Below, one piece after another: positions 36,991 to 51,837 of a stretch of DNA of 64,000 nucleotides. The position numbers and the translations under genes were made by a program. Below the pieces are notes generated by a model. It did not search any database, was not told where the DNA came from, and saw only the letters and a list, made by a program, of their open reading frames with translations. Each line of letters opens with the position of its first letter. The stretch's first letter is position 1. Source of the DNA: Yuukianura sp. NJ FZ-2021 (taxonomy: Eukaryota); contig CM102286.1 in assembly GCA_046563655.1 (NCBI GenBank), forward strand, positions 9,114,001-9,178,000, read 5' to 3'.

Positions 36991-39900
36991 AAATTCAAAT
37001 TCCTATGAGGCTTATGCAAGACCACAAATGGAAAGAAATTGTAAAACCAAAATGAAATTTTAACGCTAACTTTAGATATTTAGGTTAACATTTGAGTCTG
37101 CACCTTCAGAAACTTTTGGGCTCCTTTGATACGCTAAGAAAATTATTGATAATGGTTAATTAGTTGGATTTTACGGTAGCTAGTTACATATAATTTCCAT
37201 CGAGGAATAATTTTAAAACCATGCAAACATTGGTGCTCTTTGGAGCATCGACTTGAGATTTGAGAATTAACTTTTAAAAATTATTGAAAATTGCACATGA
37301 AAAAAATTCAGAAAATTGCGCCGTGGCTTCTGCGCAATCCAAATCATGTTCAGAATGGGAAACAAAAGAAATTCACCCAAGTGACTTTAGAAGACATTAT
37401 CATCATCCTTGTTCTACTGAATTCAGTTACTCAACTCGTTTAAGCCTACGTATCTAATTAATCACATGCCATCCCTAGATTTAGAAACCAGACAGGAGTT
37501 TGTTCGTGTCTTTTGGCTTATAGAACGACAAGAGAGAAAGTCCTTCCATTTTGAGCTTAATCCAGGAATAGCTCAATTCCAGAAAGAGTTACAGTTCCAG
37601 GTTGACACTTATGACATTAAAGCAATTGAGTCACGTCAGGATTAATACTGTACTTCCAGACAGTCTTCGAACTAATGGAATTTCATCTCCAGATTAATCT
37701 TACTTTCCCTAGGTTACCTTCCGAAGGATCCCTTCATCCTAGGGTTCATTCAGAGGTCAAGGCCCCATGATACGTCACAGTGTCATTCCTTCTACTCAAT
37801 GCCATGCCAGGACAGTAGGGACTATTTCTTGGCTTGAAACTTTGCACTTGACATGCATTCCAGTTGTTAGTGGTGCAGTACGTTGTCAAGGAGATAAGAC
37901 CAGAATGGATTTAAAATCCATTGTTCAGGAAATTCGATTCTTATTCTAATATTACCGTTCTAAAACCTATTGTCAGGAAAGGCGCATGTTTTAAGGAAAG
38001 AGTTTGATGTTAATAAGTACTAGGTCGTGACAGGTACGGAAGAAATGTCGCTTATCGATGCAATAAAGCATGCTTTCTCTTTTAGTTTCTCCTGATAGCA
38101 TTCTGGAGTTTCGAAAAAGTTAAGTACACCAATTTCCTGTTCCTCGTCATAATGCCTTTAAATATATATAGTTTCGCATTCGTCACTAGAAGTTAATTTG
38201 GTCGTGAGGTCCTTGGACATCGTACTGTTGTTATTTGGCATTTAGGCTTATCATCCTCTGAATCGGAAATCGAAAGACATTAGCAAACGAAGTATGAATA
38301 ATGTGATGTCGAAATGCAGTTTATCTAGGAAGACTCGTCTCTGTAAATTGGTGTCTATTACTAGAAGGATGATGGAGATTGTTTACATAATTTGATGGAG
38401 TTGCGATGTGATAATTACGGCGAAAGTTGCTAAATATTTTCTCTTATGGTTATTATGTAAACTCATTTCAACTACAAATTATCGTCTACCACAAAGCAGG
38501 AATTGAGATCTCAACCTATAGGTTATGATTTTCAAAGCTAGTTTTAAACAAAATCCAAATTTTTACTTCTTTGACATTTTCTTCCAAGAAAAACGACGCA
38601 AAAATCAGTTTCGCGTGTTTGGCGACTCTTTGGGAGAAATGAGAACACTGGCAATTTGTAAATGGAACAGTGTCGTTTTTGGAGTCACTGGAACAAACGA
38701 CACGCCCTACCTTACTATAGTACCTAAACCTAACTTAAATTCCACACAACCACCCTCTCAAAAGTCGACAATCAACAAATACTAATAAACACGCATTTCA
38801 GAGGTGGAATACCTTAACTACGCTGCAAAAGCTTTCCTTGCTCTGTATAAAATATTAAAATTTTCATCAACATCCGATTTCCACGTTTCATGAACAAAAA
38901 GGCGTTCAACCGTGAAGCTATCCCTATGACGTTAGTGTGTGGAAGGTGAGGATGGATAAGCCTATACCTCGTTGGATCCATTAACTGTCCAATTTTTCTT
39001 ACTTAGCTTCCTTAACTGTCTCCTGTTCCATTTGTGAGTGAAAGTTGTGAGATTTTTGAGATTGAGGAGTTTAACATGAAACATGGTGATAGAACATGGG
39101 ATTGATTTCCCCAGGCAGAAACTTTTCCTTCCAAATACATTTTAGACCAAACACATTCCAGAAGATCAGTAAAGTTATAACGTAAGGGGGAAAGGCTAGT
39201 GCCGAAACCTTAAGCCGTCTCTTTTAGTGTAGGTTTTCTAAAAAGGAATACGCTCCGTCGTCGTTCTGTTGAATGTTAGGCCATTTCTTGTACATTCAAG
39301 CGGAATGGGCCATATACTCAGTTTCCTGGAAGATGAAAAGGATCATGTATGGGAATTGGTGCATGTTTTTCCTTGTAAATTCATTTTTCATCTCTGTATA
39401 AGGTTTGGCTTCGTCAGAGAGCGGAGGAAGGGCTGGAATGATGATGATGTATGGTCAGAATCTCCGTTGGAAATCTAAAGGCGGGTGATTTGTCATTCTT
39501 ACAGAATCGCTTTGGCAAACGTTGGAAGGGTCGAGTGAAGCCTTTGCGGTTTTATGTGAAAAAGATATGAAGCATTAATTCTGGCAATGTTAGAAGACGA
39601 CCGGACGTAACAGGGTGAACCCACAAAGAGAAAAGTAAGGCTCATGAAGTGGATTGAGGTGAAAGTTTGACTGCAGAGTGCCGCAATGAGAACGAAACTG
39701 AAAATGGATGTTGAAATGAATTCAATTGGAAGGAATGCCGAAAGTCAGATTCGAGTCATATCGCGCGGAAGTGTGATGTGGGTGGAGATCGATATAAAGA
39801 TTAGATGTACGACTAAGGAGCGTTTGGCGCATAATTTGAAAATGAGTTTTTGAAAAACCTGGACCATTTTCAGGCCTTTGCGTTTCCCTTGTGGCGGTTA

Positions 39901-41143
39901 CTTGCCTGTAAAAGTTGGGAGAACAAAAGTCCTTATTTTCCATTTTCTTCTTACTTTTCTTTCTCTACGTCTCTTGTTTATTTTTAAAATTCTAGCGGTT
40001 AACCTACTTTCTTCCACCAAAATGGAATTCAGGAATGTATCGTATGAAGGAAATTTTTTTAGACTTATTTTTTAGGTTCAAACATGTATGCTATCGTATC
40101 TTTCTTTGTTAATATTTGACTTGTTTCCAGAGGAGCCCATATCCACTTGGGAAATTTGGACGAACAATATTTCATTGTTAGGTTATGTACAACTTTAAGA
40201 GTGGGTCAATTACGAAGACTTTTGTGCAGGCCCTTTGTCTCTTTTGTTCTGTTAGCTTAGTTTTTAAGGGTCTAAACCAATTGAAAACCCAAGAGCGTCT
40301 AATTCAGAACGAAAGTTTTGTTCGTCTTGTCAGCCAATCCGCTGCCTCATGAGATTTCAATAAAACTGTGGATCAGTGGTAGGCAAATGGTGCAGAATAA
40401 TTTAAAATGTGCCTCACTCCATTTTAAAACTTAGTACTAAAAATTCGCATAAAATTGAAATCATTTTGTCCCTCAAGTTCAACTTTCAAAACTCATCCAG
40501 GACAACCTCCAATGTCATTTTGTAGATCTTACAATCGATTTGTTTAGAAAAAGTTGACAAGATGTCCTGAGCAATAGTCTTAAACCTTTTGTCTGAAGCG
40601 AAACTTAATTAAAGGTATTGTCATAGTTTAGTAATTAAAAATAAAATACGTCACGAATTTCCTTTGTTTGTTAGTTAAGTAAAACAAAGTCCTGGAACCT
40701 TTCCTGGACAAAATAACCTGGTACGAGAAGCAAGTAAAGTAATTTCCAGTTTATTCTTTGGAACAAACGTATTTAAAAAAAGTTTTAGATGAAAATGTAT
40801 ACATTTAGAATAAAACAGCATGAATTCACCAAAAAATTAAGCTCACTTATGGAAATGAAAATCCCTATGAAAAAACAAAAATTACCTCACTATTAATAGC
40901 TGTAATGTAACCAGCACGACACTCTTGTGTATCCTTCTTAACGCCTATAGCACTTTGAACTAAATTTAGTCACTGTTAAAATATCAGTGAGTTTGACTCG
41001 TTACACCTTTAAGTATATTAGACATTAAATTATGATTCCTAATGTAATTGTTTTAATTTAAATCATTTTCTGTGAGAATAAACAGAATGTGGCTAATATA
41101 GTCCGCCAAACATCGCACGTTTGCATCTGCGCGTTCTGAACAT

Positions 41144-41378
41144 CCATACGGTTGCCAAATATTAATTGGACTCCTTTTTGGCGCTGGTTCTGAATTGAAA
41201 AAGTTATGACATCGGTCGTTAGGCTTCTGTCCAACGGAAAAACGTAAATTATATAAGATTTTAATTAAAATGGAGCTTCCAGATTCGGGACGTAAAAATA
41301 CGCAATACGGAACTCTGTAACATTTCCTAAATTCAAAAATCTGACTCGCAGAACCTGCCAAAATTGGCTACACGAATG
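41144..41378. mobile_element. Possible small degenerate MITE
   Basis: CATACGGTTGCCAAAT ... AATTGGCTACACGAATG imperfect TIRs; no TSD recognised. Confidence 0.35.
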
Positions 41379-42234
41379 ATAAATGTTGTTTGTTGGCTGT
41401 TCCGTTCAGAAAATCCGTTCTGTTCTTCCATTCTAAAAAGGGGCAGTGCAAAAAAAAATCAATCCCAAGGATACCATACTCTCCTTAGTGCAAGTCCCCG
41501 CAAATATTAGGTCAGAGATGCCTCTGGAAGTTACGATTAGTTCCTTCCATTTGCTAATTAAGTGAGGCATGAGACTCTGGGAAGACGTTGTGGCACATTG
41601 ACCTTAAGTGGGTCCACGAGATTTATTGATCCTGGCCAATCCCAGTAACTTTTTAGGTTAGTATGGCTAGTGTTAGGGTTAGGAGGAAAGGCGGAATAGG
41701 TTGGGTTGAACGGTGAAAGCCTGAGAAAGGTTGTTCCTGTAAAGTGCAAAGGTAACACAGCGTGCGAACCTTTTAGACGTCTTATTCTTACACAATTTCC
41801 AAGGTACGCCATAACACCTCCATTTCAAATGAGAACCCATTTCAGAACGAGTCGGATTTCGAAAAACGGTTCCCAGAATTATCCGGAGGGAGCAGAAACC
41901 CATTTTGTTCAAAAAGCTTCCAGAAAATTGAACTAAAAAGAGGTCTTTCGTGTCATGACTTTTGGTGCTTTTTGTTTATTTGCCCAAATTAATACGACAA
42001 TGCAAAAATTCAAAGACTTTCAGCTACTAAAGTTATACTTCTAAACTGTGCTTTACAAACACTGGAGACTTTTGTGTGATGTGGATTTGAAGACTCGAAT
42101 TTTCGTCGTTAGTATTACTAAAAGACTTGGAATCTGATGTCCATGATCACAAAATAATAAATTATTACGTTTTGGTTCTTTGATTTAACAATGAATCCTC
42201 AGGAAAAGTGCAGAATGAGCAACAAGCCTACAAG

Positions 42235-45200
42235 CTACGACGGTCGAGTAGCAAACTCATGTAAAATATCTCTCGCCATGTCAATATCATTTCTACTTAT
42301 ACCCAATGCTCGAATCACAAGATCCTGCGAGTATCCTTCACTCGTGAGACGAGTAATGTAATCCATATTTAAATTTTCATATGGCGTAATTTCATTATCT
42401 GAATATAATTGGAAGTTCTCATCAGATGACACCGCTCCACTTGGTTCTCTGGTGACTTCTGGCTTATTGCTTCTGCCAGGGCCAGTATTTTCGTAGTTCG
42501 AGGAAGCAGATGCTTCCAACTTGCCGTCGCCAGATTTGTTGTTGCACGGTATGATATTCGTCGGTGTCCTACTTACGATAACGCGAGTGGAGAAGCTCGA
42601 GGACGGGACTTTTTCTTTGACACCCAACTGTGGATGAAGTGAATGCCTGGAAACGGGTTGAAGGAGCAGTGCTTGATTTTTTGTACTTGACGCAGGACCC
42701 TGGCCGCTGCCGCTCTTGGACGCATTGCTGGCGGGCAACAGGAGTTGCTGACTAGAATTTGGAGAGACTGTGGCCGAAGGAGGACATGATATTGGTAGGC
42801 AGTGAGCTCCACTGTTATTGTAAGAGGGAGCATTGTTGAGTGAGGGACATGACTGATGTCGAATTTGACTTTGATGAATTTGTGACACGACAGACTTATT
42901 TGCTGAAGACATCATTCGGAATGGACCCGAAACATTCCTCTCAGGTAATACAACTTTTCTGGATTGAGATCTTGGCTGATGTGGATTTTGTGCGACGGGA
43001 GTTATGCCGCGGGAAACGCGAGCAGGAACATCGTAGCCATTTTCAACTGATGAATGCATAACGAAATATTTATTAAATTGCATATCCAGTGACTCACATC
43101 TAGTATGTTTTTTCTTGTAGTGGATTTAGACTTCCCATAGTAACTTACTATGCTCAGTCGAATCTCTAGATTGTCGAGGACGCTCCTCGATTCCTTCGGT
43201 GCTATTACCTCGGTGACCTCCATTCAGAGCTTGTGAGCTGGAAGTTATTGTGCACGGAGGTCTTGGAGCAACGGCTGGAGGTTCGGATGGCATACTAGAA
43301 AAAGAGAGACAGAGAGTACGTGTCACAGAAATGCAAAATATTAATATTGAGGAGAATCATATTTTTGTGAAGTTCACCTTGGGAAGGAAACGTCAGAAGA
43401 AGTACTAGAAGGAGAGCCACGCGAAGGGGAACCTTTCCTTGGTGGCAGTGGAGGCGGGATTGCGTCTCCTCCAGGAGGACCAGCGCTTGAAGATGAGCCA
43501 CTTTCTGTATGTGCAAGCATCGGAGATGCGGGTCTAGAGGACCGTGTTGTACCGTCCTCTGGTTGGATTAAAGTATTGGATACTTGTGGCACTGGATTAC
43601 TCTGCCGCGTGCTCCTACGATGCTCTTCAGAAAGAAGCATTTCACAGTCTTTTCGTGATATCCGTGGAGAAGTTCTTGGAGTTGTCCCTGGTGTACCCTA
43701 AACAAAAGACACAATGACAACAAACATCATGAAGTAGAAACTAAATGGAAAGCAACGAGATTTTGACCTCGGCCTAGAAACATTAACAGACTAAAAAATT
43801 TCAAGATAGAAAGTAAACTCAGGGGCATTAAATTAATTAAATAGGCTGAAATCCCCGGAGTATACTGTTGACAACATGAAAATCCTCCGAGCTTACCCTA
43901 AATTCCGGAGTTTCGGATCTTGGTGAAAGTGCCAAGGCTTGAAGAGAATTATTCGTCACGTTCCAATTCCCACCGTCCTACATAATTTTGGGTACAAATA
44001 ACGGCCATGTTAATTATAAATTTGAGTTCCATAAATAGAATAAAATCAAGGCAAAGCGCACTTAGATGCTTACAAATTTGAATTATTCCCAGCATTCAAA
44101 TTGACTCAAGACTCAAGATTACATAACAGAAGAAGAACATTTAAAGAAAGTTAATCTGAAGCAAACGATAGGATCTTCGGATCTTTTAAGCATATACCTG
44201 TTCCTTACATCTTCAAAGCACAAGGTGTAAAGTATCAATTTAAACAAAACTAGCTCTACGAGTACTACTTTCCACTTGGAAAAATGTTAAATCCTCACGC
44301 CCTGACTATATTAGCGAACTCAGCGATTCATAAATTGCACTTAAAAATAAACTAAACGAGATCGGGTGCTTGGCGTATTAAGGGCTCCAGGTTGTGCACG
44401 AGGAATGATTAAATAAATGATTTGCAAAAAGCTTAGAGTTGAGTCGTTCGCCACGCTTCGTCGAGACTGGAGCCAAATTGCCCCTACTTAAACTTAAGTA
44501 ACCTACCTACCAATTCAAGCCGAGCCATGCAATAAGCTTAATTATTTTTCCCACTGAGTAAATAATTGTAATAATAAGAAACTTTCTTTACTTGGTATAA
44601 CTACAAGGGAGAAACATTTACGTAATCGCAAAGCAGTTCATTGAGACCAAATTTCACTTTAGCTATAACATATCGTAAAGAAGGATTTACTCATTCAAAT
44701 CAAGATTCAAAACTGTTTCGTATTAAGGGGGACTGGGAGTAATGCATTCGACTATTTGGAACAAGGAACGTCCTTTTGGTTTCTGAATCTTCAGATTAAG
44801 GTACTAAAGAGACTGATTAAACGGAAACGCTACTACTGAATCCGGCACAACGTCAAGCGACTGTAACTGGGAAAGGAATTTTGATATACTCCGAATTCTC
44901 CATTCGACAAATACGACGTCAATTTTAGCTGCCCGAATTGCATGCAGCAGCACTTGCACTATAAAGCCTTGCAAAAATTCGAATGTCTTCGGATGCAGGA
45001 TGCAGTAGCAACAAAGGCAAACAAACACAGGTTACAGGTTAAAGACAGAGTTAACATATCTACGTGGTATAACTATACGGCACACATCAAAAGGACGGAA
45101 TAATGGACGAACGTTGATGTTGATCTACCTCATCATCTTCATCCAATTCAACGAGGTTTCCAGTGGACCCGGCTTTGTGCTGCCGTCTAGGATCAAATGG

Positions 45201-47191
45201 ATCTACAACTATTGACTCCGTTCCTTTGATCTCAGCTCTGCAGAATGGGCATCCCTGTCCCTCTGACTCCTAAAACCAAACGAAAAAGCTTTTTAGGAAA
45301 AGTATCCGGTATTCCATTAAGTAAGAGAGGGAATTATCCAGAAACGTACCTGCCATGATGTTAAACACGGTGTACAAAGCAGATGGCCGCAAGGCTCAAT
45401 TCGAATATCCTTGTCATTTTCAGCGCAAATTTTACATAATTGGAAGGTTGATCCCATTTCGCAGTAAAGTTCATACTGTTCCTGGGTCACAGTGACGTGA
45501 TCTTCGGGAGCAGATTGTACGGCAGATGATAGATCGGGATTTACATTCCTCCCGTCCGGAAACAAATAACTGTGAAATCAAGAAATGAAAGATAACATTA
45601 ATCAAAGCTTTCTGTATTAATGCATGTCCTCGCTGTTGCTCTCGTTCAGCGTACAAATATTTCGCGAAAGCGATTCGATTACTCAATTAAGAAGACTCAT
45701 GAATTAAATGCAAACTAACTGAGAAAATATAAAATTAATATTGTACATGGAAAAACTGTGCACTTACAACCCTTCTCGGTAACCATCTAGCAGTGCTTGG
45801 CACAATGACTTGTTCTGAGGAATTGTTTGTAAAATGTTCCCATCACTTGTGACGTAACCAATAGCCCACTGCCCTAATCGAGTGCAGCTCAGACGAAAGA
45901 CGTAGCTGTTAGATAACAGAAAGAATCGACAAATATTCCACAAATATATTACTTTTAGTGAAAGTGAAACTGTGAAGATTTTACGCTGTAAAGGATTACC
46001 TTCCTGGTTTGTTGATGTATTTTTGCAGTCTTGCTTTGACTTCATCGTACGTGAGAAAGGCAACATATCCTGGGTGCGTGACTGCAAGTATTTGCCAGTT
46101 TCGCAATAACGAAGACCAAGGCTGGAACAATCTGGGACGGAAAGACAATTTTTGTTCAACCAACTTCGGTTTTAGCATTAATTAAGTAAGCATGTAGTAT
46201 TCACTCTTATGGGAAATCGATATCGTACCTCGTAAATACATCAAACTCAAAATTGGAAATGTAATCATTGCAGGTAAGGTCAATTGTTGACTTCAAAGCC
46301 ATCGCTTCCAGTCCAGTACTAATTGAGTGAATAGCACTTAGAGTTTGACGAAAACATTTCCACGAAACCGTGGTTCTGAAAAGTAAGCATTACAACACAT
46401 TATTAAAAATTCCAAGAATATCACTAAAAGTGTCAAAGGAAGAATCACCAGTGACCCTAATAAGAATCATTAAAACGACAATTTCATTGGAATTGCCAAG
46501 CAGAAACACTAACAAAAGAATAGTACCTGTTCCCAAACGAATTTCTCCAAAACTCTGCCGCGTCAGACTTTGTAATTCGAAATTGATCCCCGTTGAAAAT
46601 TCCACTGGGAAAAAGAGCCTGCGAATATTGCGAAGAATTCGATTAACGCTTTTCGTTAGCGGGGTATGGTTTCGATCGCTACGTAATAACAAATACTTCT
46701 TATACCTTAAGTTCACTAAGCATATGACTGAATACTAGACTGAGCTTTGTTAGGTTTCTTCTATAATGTGACGTTTCATCGAACATCTTGTCTTTTCCTT
46801 CTTTGAAGAGCTTGATGGCTTGCTTGCACTTATTCATTTGGTTTTCTATGAATAACCGAAAGTATTCATTGTTGTTGAGTGAAACCAATTTGTCTTCATA
46901 CTTGGAGTATATAATCCGAAGATGTTGATAAGTGTCTGGTAAAATGTCCAAGATGAACGGTGGCGAATTTTTCAAATTCATCTTCGGGTGTTGACACAGT
47001 TTCACTACTTTGTCCATCAACTTCCAAGATTTTTCTAACGTTCTCTTGTCGATTGTTAACTTAGGAGGCGACATCGCCTCGGCGAAGGCCCCATGCAGCT
47101 TCGAAAATAGCGACGTGATGTTGTTTTGAGACATTGGAAGTTTCCCTTGAGGACGACCACTGGCAGATCCGGACATTATTCTCCCTTTCAT
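42235..47191 (-). CDS. Cbl: E3 ubiquitin-protein ligase Cbl, long form, ~904 aa; exons 47191-46706, 46618-46527, 46375-46229, 46131-46000, 45905-45768, 45569-45350, 45269-45129, 43977-43897, 43697-43378, 43294-43149, 43046-42235
   Basis: TKB motifs [19 protein letters not shown] and [16 protein letters not shown]; linker and [42 protein letters not shown]; Pro-rich PPPLPPR; C-terminal UBA. All introns GT-AG, 2715 nt in frame. The start may be the second Met. Confidence 0.96.
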
Positions 47192-49049
47192 TTCCTTCGT
47201 ACCATATCACGCTGTTCAATAAGAACCGAAATAATTGGATAAGGAAAGTTAAATTAAATTACTCGGCCATCGATGCGCTTTAACACCGAAAGGTTCCAAT
47301 GGGTATTGCAGTACTAATTCCAGGTTGTATGGACAAGTGTAGTTTACTGAAACACATAAGCCAATGTTAGAAAACTCATTAGGATATTATATTTAAGCTA
47401 ACCATGGACCAACTGTGTACTACGGAGACAGGCGTGAGAGAATCTACTGCAATCAAATGTAGTAGATTGAGAGCGTCGCGTTTCATTCAAACAGAAAACG
47501 GAACAACTCAAAAACTGGGTTAACGGGTTAAAGACTTTCTGGCCCAACCAACTGCACCATTTTTGCTTTGAGAATACGCCTTTCAAAATTCGGAGAAGGT
47601 CGCAAATTCAATGACTCCCAAACACCTCCCCCAAGGCATAATTAATAGCCTTTAGGAATAAGCTTTAAGGAAAATTATTCTTACAAAATGACGATCAATG
47701 ACCATAGCGACCTTCGCCAATAATTGTGGTTGATCCTCATGCTTGGCAGTTGCCACTTCCGCTACGTCATTCATCGTTCATATTCGACGGAAATGACTTT
47801 TGGTTTAACTCAGAGATTTAATCCAAAGCCTCCCATATTAGGATGAAAATGCTAAGATAACGCTACGCCACGCTAGTTTAGTTTGACTCCCAGATAACGC
47901 TACTCTCTTAATAATTCCTAATAATTCAGTGTGAATATTTCAATCTGATTTGTTTCAGCTGAGACGCGCTAAACTTAATAAGCGTTCCGGGTGTGGACGG
48001 CGTGGGCGGAATCATTGCGGCCCAACCCGACCACCCGAGAGCCGAGACCCGACGGTGTACCAAACACAAAAGCCATTGTGATTGTGGTGTTTGGTACACC
48101 TCTTGAGAAATAATTCTACAAATGCTAACGTTAGACACATATGGCTACCGACTGTACAAATGTTGGCGTAACTCACGTGAAATGGAGTCAAGGCGGATCT
48201 TACTCCGAAGAAACTTCGAGTAATACGAACAACTCCGTGTCGTCAACACTATCTTGAACGTCTCGAAACGATAACTTTTTCTTCAGATTTTGATCCTCTA
48301 ACCTTCATTTCATCTTCATCTTACTGCAACTTCAAAGCTGGAACAATTCAGAATAAAATCCACAGTTAGTTCCCAAATTCAATTATCCCATCCAAAACTC
48401 TTTCAAATACAATACAAAGATCTAAAGATCACTATCACATAATTACCGTCACCGTCAGCCATGTACCGTACCAGCACTCAAAGACCAGAGACACTGATTG
48501 GTTGGCATAATTACTGAGTGATTCATTTACATTCACCATTCACTCGATCCTAAAACCAGTCTTGGAAATTGACTTTTCAAAGGAGAACAATCGGTGTCGG
48601 TAGTGACCCGATTGTCCTGCCTAAGTTAAGTAGACCCGCCCTCCCGCCTGACTCAATTTGTCGTGGCTGAAATAAGTAAATGGCTGAATAGACTAAAAAT
48701 ACTAAATCTCAACTCTACATCAAACAATATTTGCACCATCACATTGTAATTTTGCAATTTAACATAAGAAATTACATTATTTTTATTCTTACTGTGTGGT
48801 GTTTACCGGAACGGCTGACCGGGACTCTCGTGTGGTATAGTTCTTCTGTATGATGATTAAAGTAAGCCAATGAATAATGAAATACCTTTCCAACAAAATT
48901 TACAATGTAGCGAACTACACCCGATTGGCTAGGGACATGGACCGGACAGGAGACCTGTGAGTTTTGTGAATGAATAGTATCAGTGTATCGCTTAATTCAT
49001 TCCTAAATACTAATAATACTAAACAGGTTATTTTCATTCAGTACCAATA

Positions 49050-49882
49050 CGTAAATCTTCAAATAATGCCCCTTCCTCAAATAATGCCCCATGTCCCTAT
49101 TAGTGCCCCTCTCCCGGGAGGGACAGGGAGGTCTCGAAAGAAATAGTGCCCCCTCCCTAATAGTGCCCCCCCCCATTTTCAATTTATCCTCAAAGTCTAA
49201 TTAATTTAATTATATTCAAATACCATTTATACCTATGCTGAGTTTTTAAGTACAGGATGAGTACGTAACTTAGAAACTGGGCAAAATACAAAACAAATGG
49301 CGATTGCACAAACCGGGGTAACAAATTTCGGTTAGGCTTTACTTTCGGTTAGGTTAACCTTACTCTGCGGTACTATTGTCATTGCAAAATCCACCCTTTG
49401 CCATTTTGGTTTCAGTTTGTCGGCCTACCTCGTGTGTAATCCTATAATTTTGTATTTTGAATTGCCATTTGTTTTGTATTTTACCCAGTTTCTAGTAAGT
49501 TACAATCTTCTGTGCGACACAAAATTGATGAAAATACCGATGGAATTTCAGCAGTTCGAGATGTACAAGGCGGTTTATGTTAAATTTTGAGAGTTCAACA
49601 GAGTGAAAACGGATTAAAATTGCCGCAATTGAACGTTCTAATTCTAACAAAGTCACAGAAATATTAAATTTATAGTGAAAACACAGAAATTATACTGGAA
49701 TATATTACAAATTCAAATAAACCAGCGATTTTATGTTGCTAATTGACGACAATCCGGAGCATTCCCGGCCAAAACTACATTTCATCTCTGACTCTAATAG
49801 TGCCCCATGTCCCTATTAGTACCCCTCCCTCTAGGGTCGTCGAAAGAAATAGTGCCCCGGGGGCATTATTTGAAGATTTACG
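49050..49882. mobile_element. pogo/Tigger-like non-autonomous element
   Basis: CGTAAATCTTCAAATAATGCCCC ... GGGGCATTATTTGAAGATTTACG; internal TAGTGCCCC repeats. Confidence 0.7.
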
Positions 49883-49933
49883 GCACATAGAATAACCGAA
49901 CAACTTCGTTCGTAGGTTACGAAGGCAGATGCA

Positions 49934-50410
49934 CAGCTGTGCACGAGCCAAAATAACGATCCAGGCTGGATCGCAGAAGCCAGCCGAGACGAGCCAGCGA
50001 ACCAGGCTCGGATCGGATCGCGGTGTTTGAATGGTTCGGGTCGGCTCGGATCGCGGACTTCATTGTGTGGCTCGGCTCGCATCGCGGATCGAGCCAAAAA
50101 GTTTTTGGATCGGCTCGCCGAGCCAACAAAAGCCAGGCACTGGATCGCTGAAGGAGCGATCCAACTAACTTTCAGCAGTGCGAGGGGCGATAGGTTTGTA
50201 ATTACATCAAATTCTGAATTTTTACAGCATACCCTTTGATAGGGTATGCCTAACCAAATTCACATAATTATTTTATTTATTATTTGTTATGAATCATATT
50301 ATAATTTCACTAACGTTAAACTATAACACTAACAATATATCGTTATTATTGCATTTATATTATTACAGTACAGCTTAATACAACAATAAACAGAATACTA
50401 GCAAACTGAA

Positions 50411-50460
<50 letters not shown>

Positions 50461-51515
50461 GTTGAATTAGTTTAATTAGATACTATCATTAAATTTATTT
50501 AAACAAATAAATTACCTTTCACCACCCCCCCCCCCCTCCCCAGTGTAACCGACACCGTGCTTTCCCCTCCCCAACCACGCGATAATATGTGATTGTAACC
50601 GCCAATTAACTACTCTCGGTAGATACGAAAGTATAACAGCAGCGGTGGTTACATTCCGTGGGTACACCTGATACAAGAGTTAACATTGTCATTCTGTTAT
50701 TGCGCAACGGATTGCCTAATTACTAATTAAACAGTTAAATTCAAATAATTCAAATAATGTTTGCAATGAAAAACGTGTCGATAAAGAAGTTTCGCTCTTT
50801 GCTCAGAGAAGGAGGGAAAAGAGTGGGTCGCTTCTTTGCAATTAGGGATATGGGTAACAACATATGATATCCATCGATCTCATGTTGACTTGAAGAGTCT
50901 TTGCTGTTCTTTATTCGAGCACACCAGTACCAGTATATCGCGTATGATTACAAATTGGATTAATAAATTAATTTACATCAGACACTGTAATGTTAACAAT
51001 ACAATGTTATTTAGGTTAATACACTATTAATTATTCTATTGATTATTGTTTGTATATTTGTAACAATTTATAGTAATAAATAACTAATACTTTGTATGTA
51101 TAATTAATTGTCTATTTATGTTATGTATCTCTCGAGTTGTCGTTTTGTAATGTTTATCGATTGTAAACTGGGATTATAACACAATAGGGCTCCCCTCATG
51201 CTTTTTAGTCATTGGATCGCCGAACCAACAGTGGAGTTTAGCGAGTCAGCGATCCTAGCAGCTGTTTTTTTGGCTATTTCGGCTCGCTAACAAAATTTGC
51301 TTGCTCGGATCGTGGATCGCTGACTTTCCTTCTTGGCTCGGCTCGATTCGGATCACGAAAAAAATTTCTGACTCGGCTCGGATCGCGGATCGCTGACTTT
51401 CCTTTTTGGCTCGGCTCGGTTCGGATCGCGACAAAAATTTACTGACTTGGATCGAATCGCTAAAGTTTCTATACGCTCGGCGCGCTTGGCTCGGCGATCC
51501 AAGCTATGCACAGGT
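49934..51515. mobile_element. Probable hAT-like non-autonomous element with GGCTCGGATCGC subterminal arrays
   Basis: CAGCTGTGCA ... TGCACAGGTG ends, GC-rich motif arrays at both ends, AT-rich core; TSD not seen. Confidence 0.5.
50415..50460. repeat. (ATT)n microsatellite, about 15 units
   Basis: Read directly from the sequence. Confidence 0.95.
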
Positions 51516-51720
51516 GAGCGGTTGTGACATCAAAACTTGTTTACCCATCCAGCTATAGTGTTCAAAGAAGAGGCAAAAGATATGATGATCGTGACATGAT
51601 CATGAATGGATACTTGAAATACCATAGCAAAACAAGTGGCAGTGTGTGCCGTTCAACTCAATTTATGCTTCGGCAAGTTCATAATGCAACAGTGTAATTA
51701 ACAACTCAGGTTCATATATA

Positions 51721-51837
51721 CAGGATGGGCCCTAGAAGAGTTTACCCAAGTGAAAGAAAGAGAAACTCTCACATGAGTTTCTTATGACAATAGTGAGAGG
51801 AAAAGAAAGAGGGTAAACTCTTCTAGGGCCCATCCTG
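51721..51837. mobile_element. 117-bp Tc1/mariner-type MITE
   Basis: TA-CAGGATGGGCCCTAGAAGAGTTTACCC ... GGGTAAACTCTTCTAGGGCCCATCCTG-TA. Confidence 0.88.
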
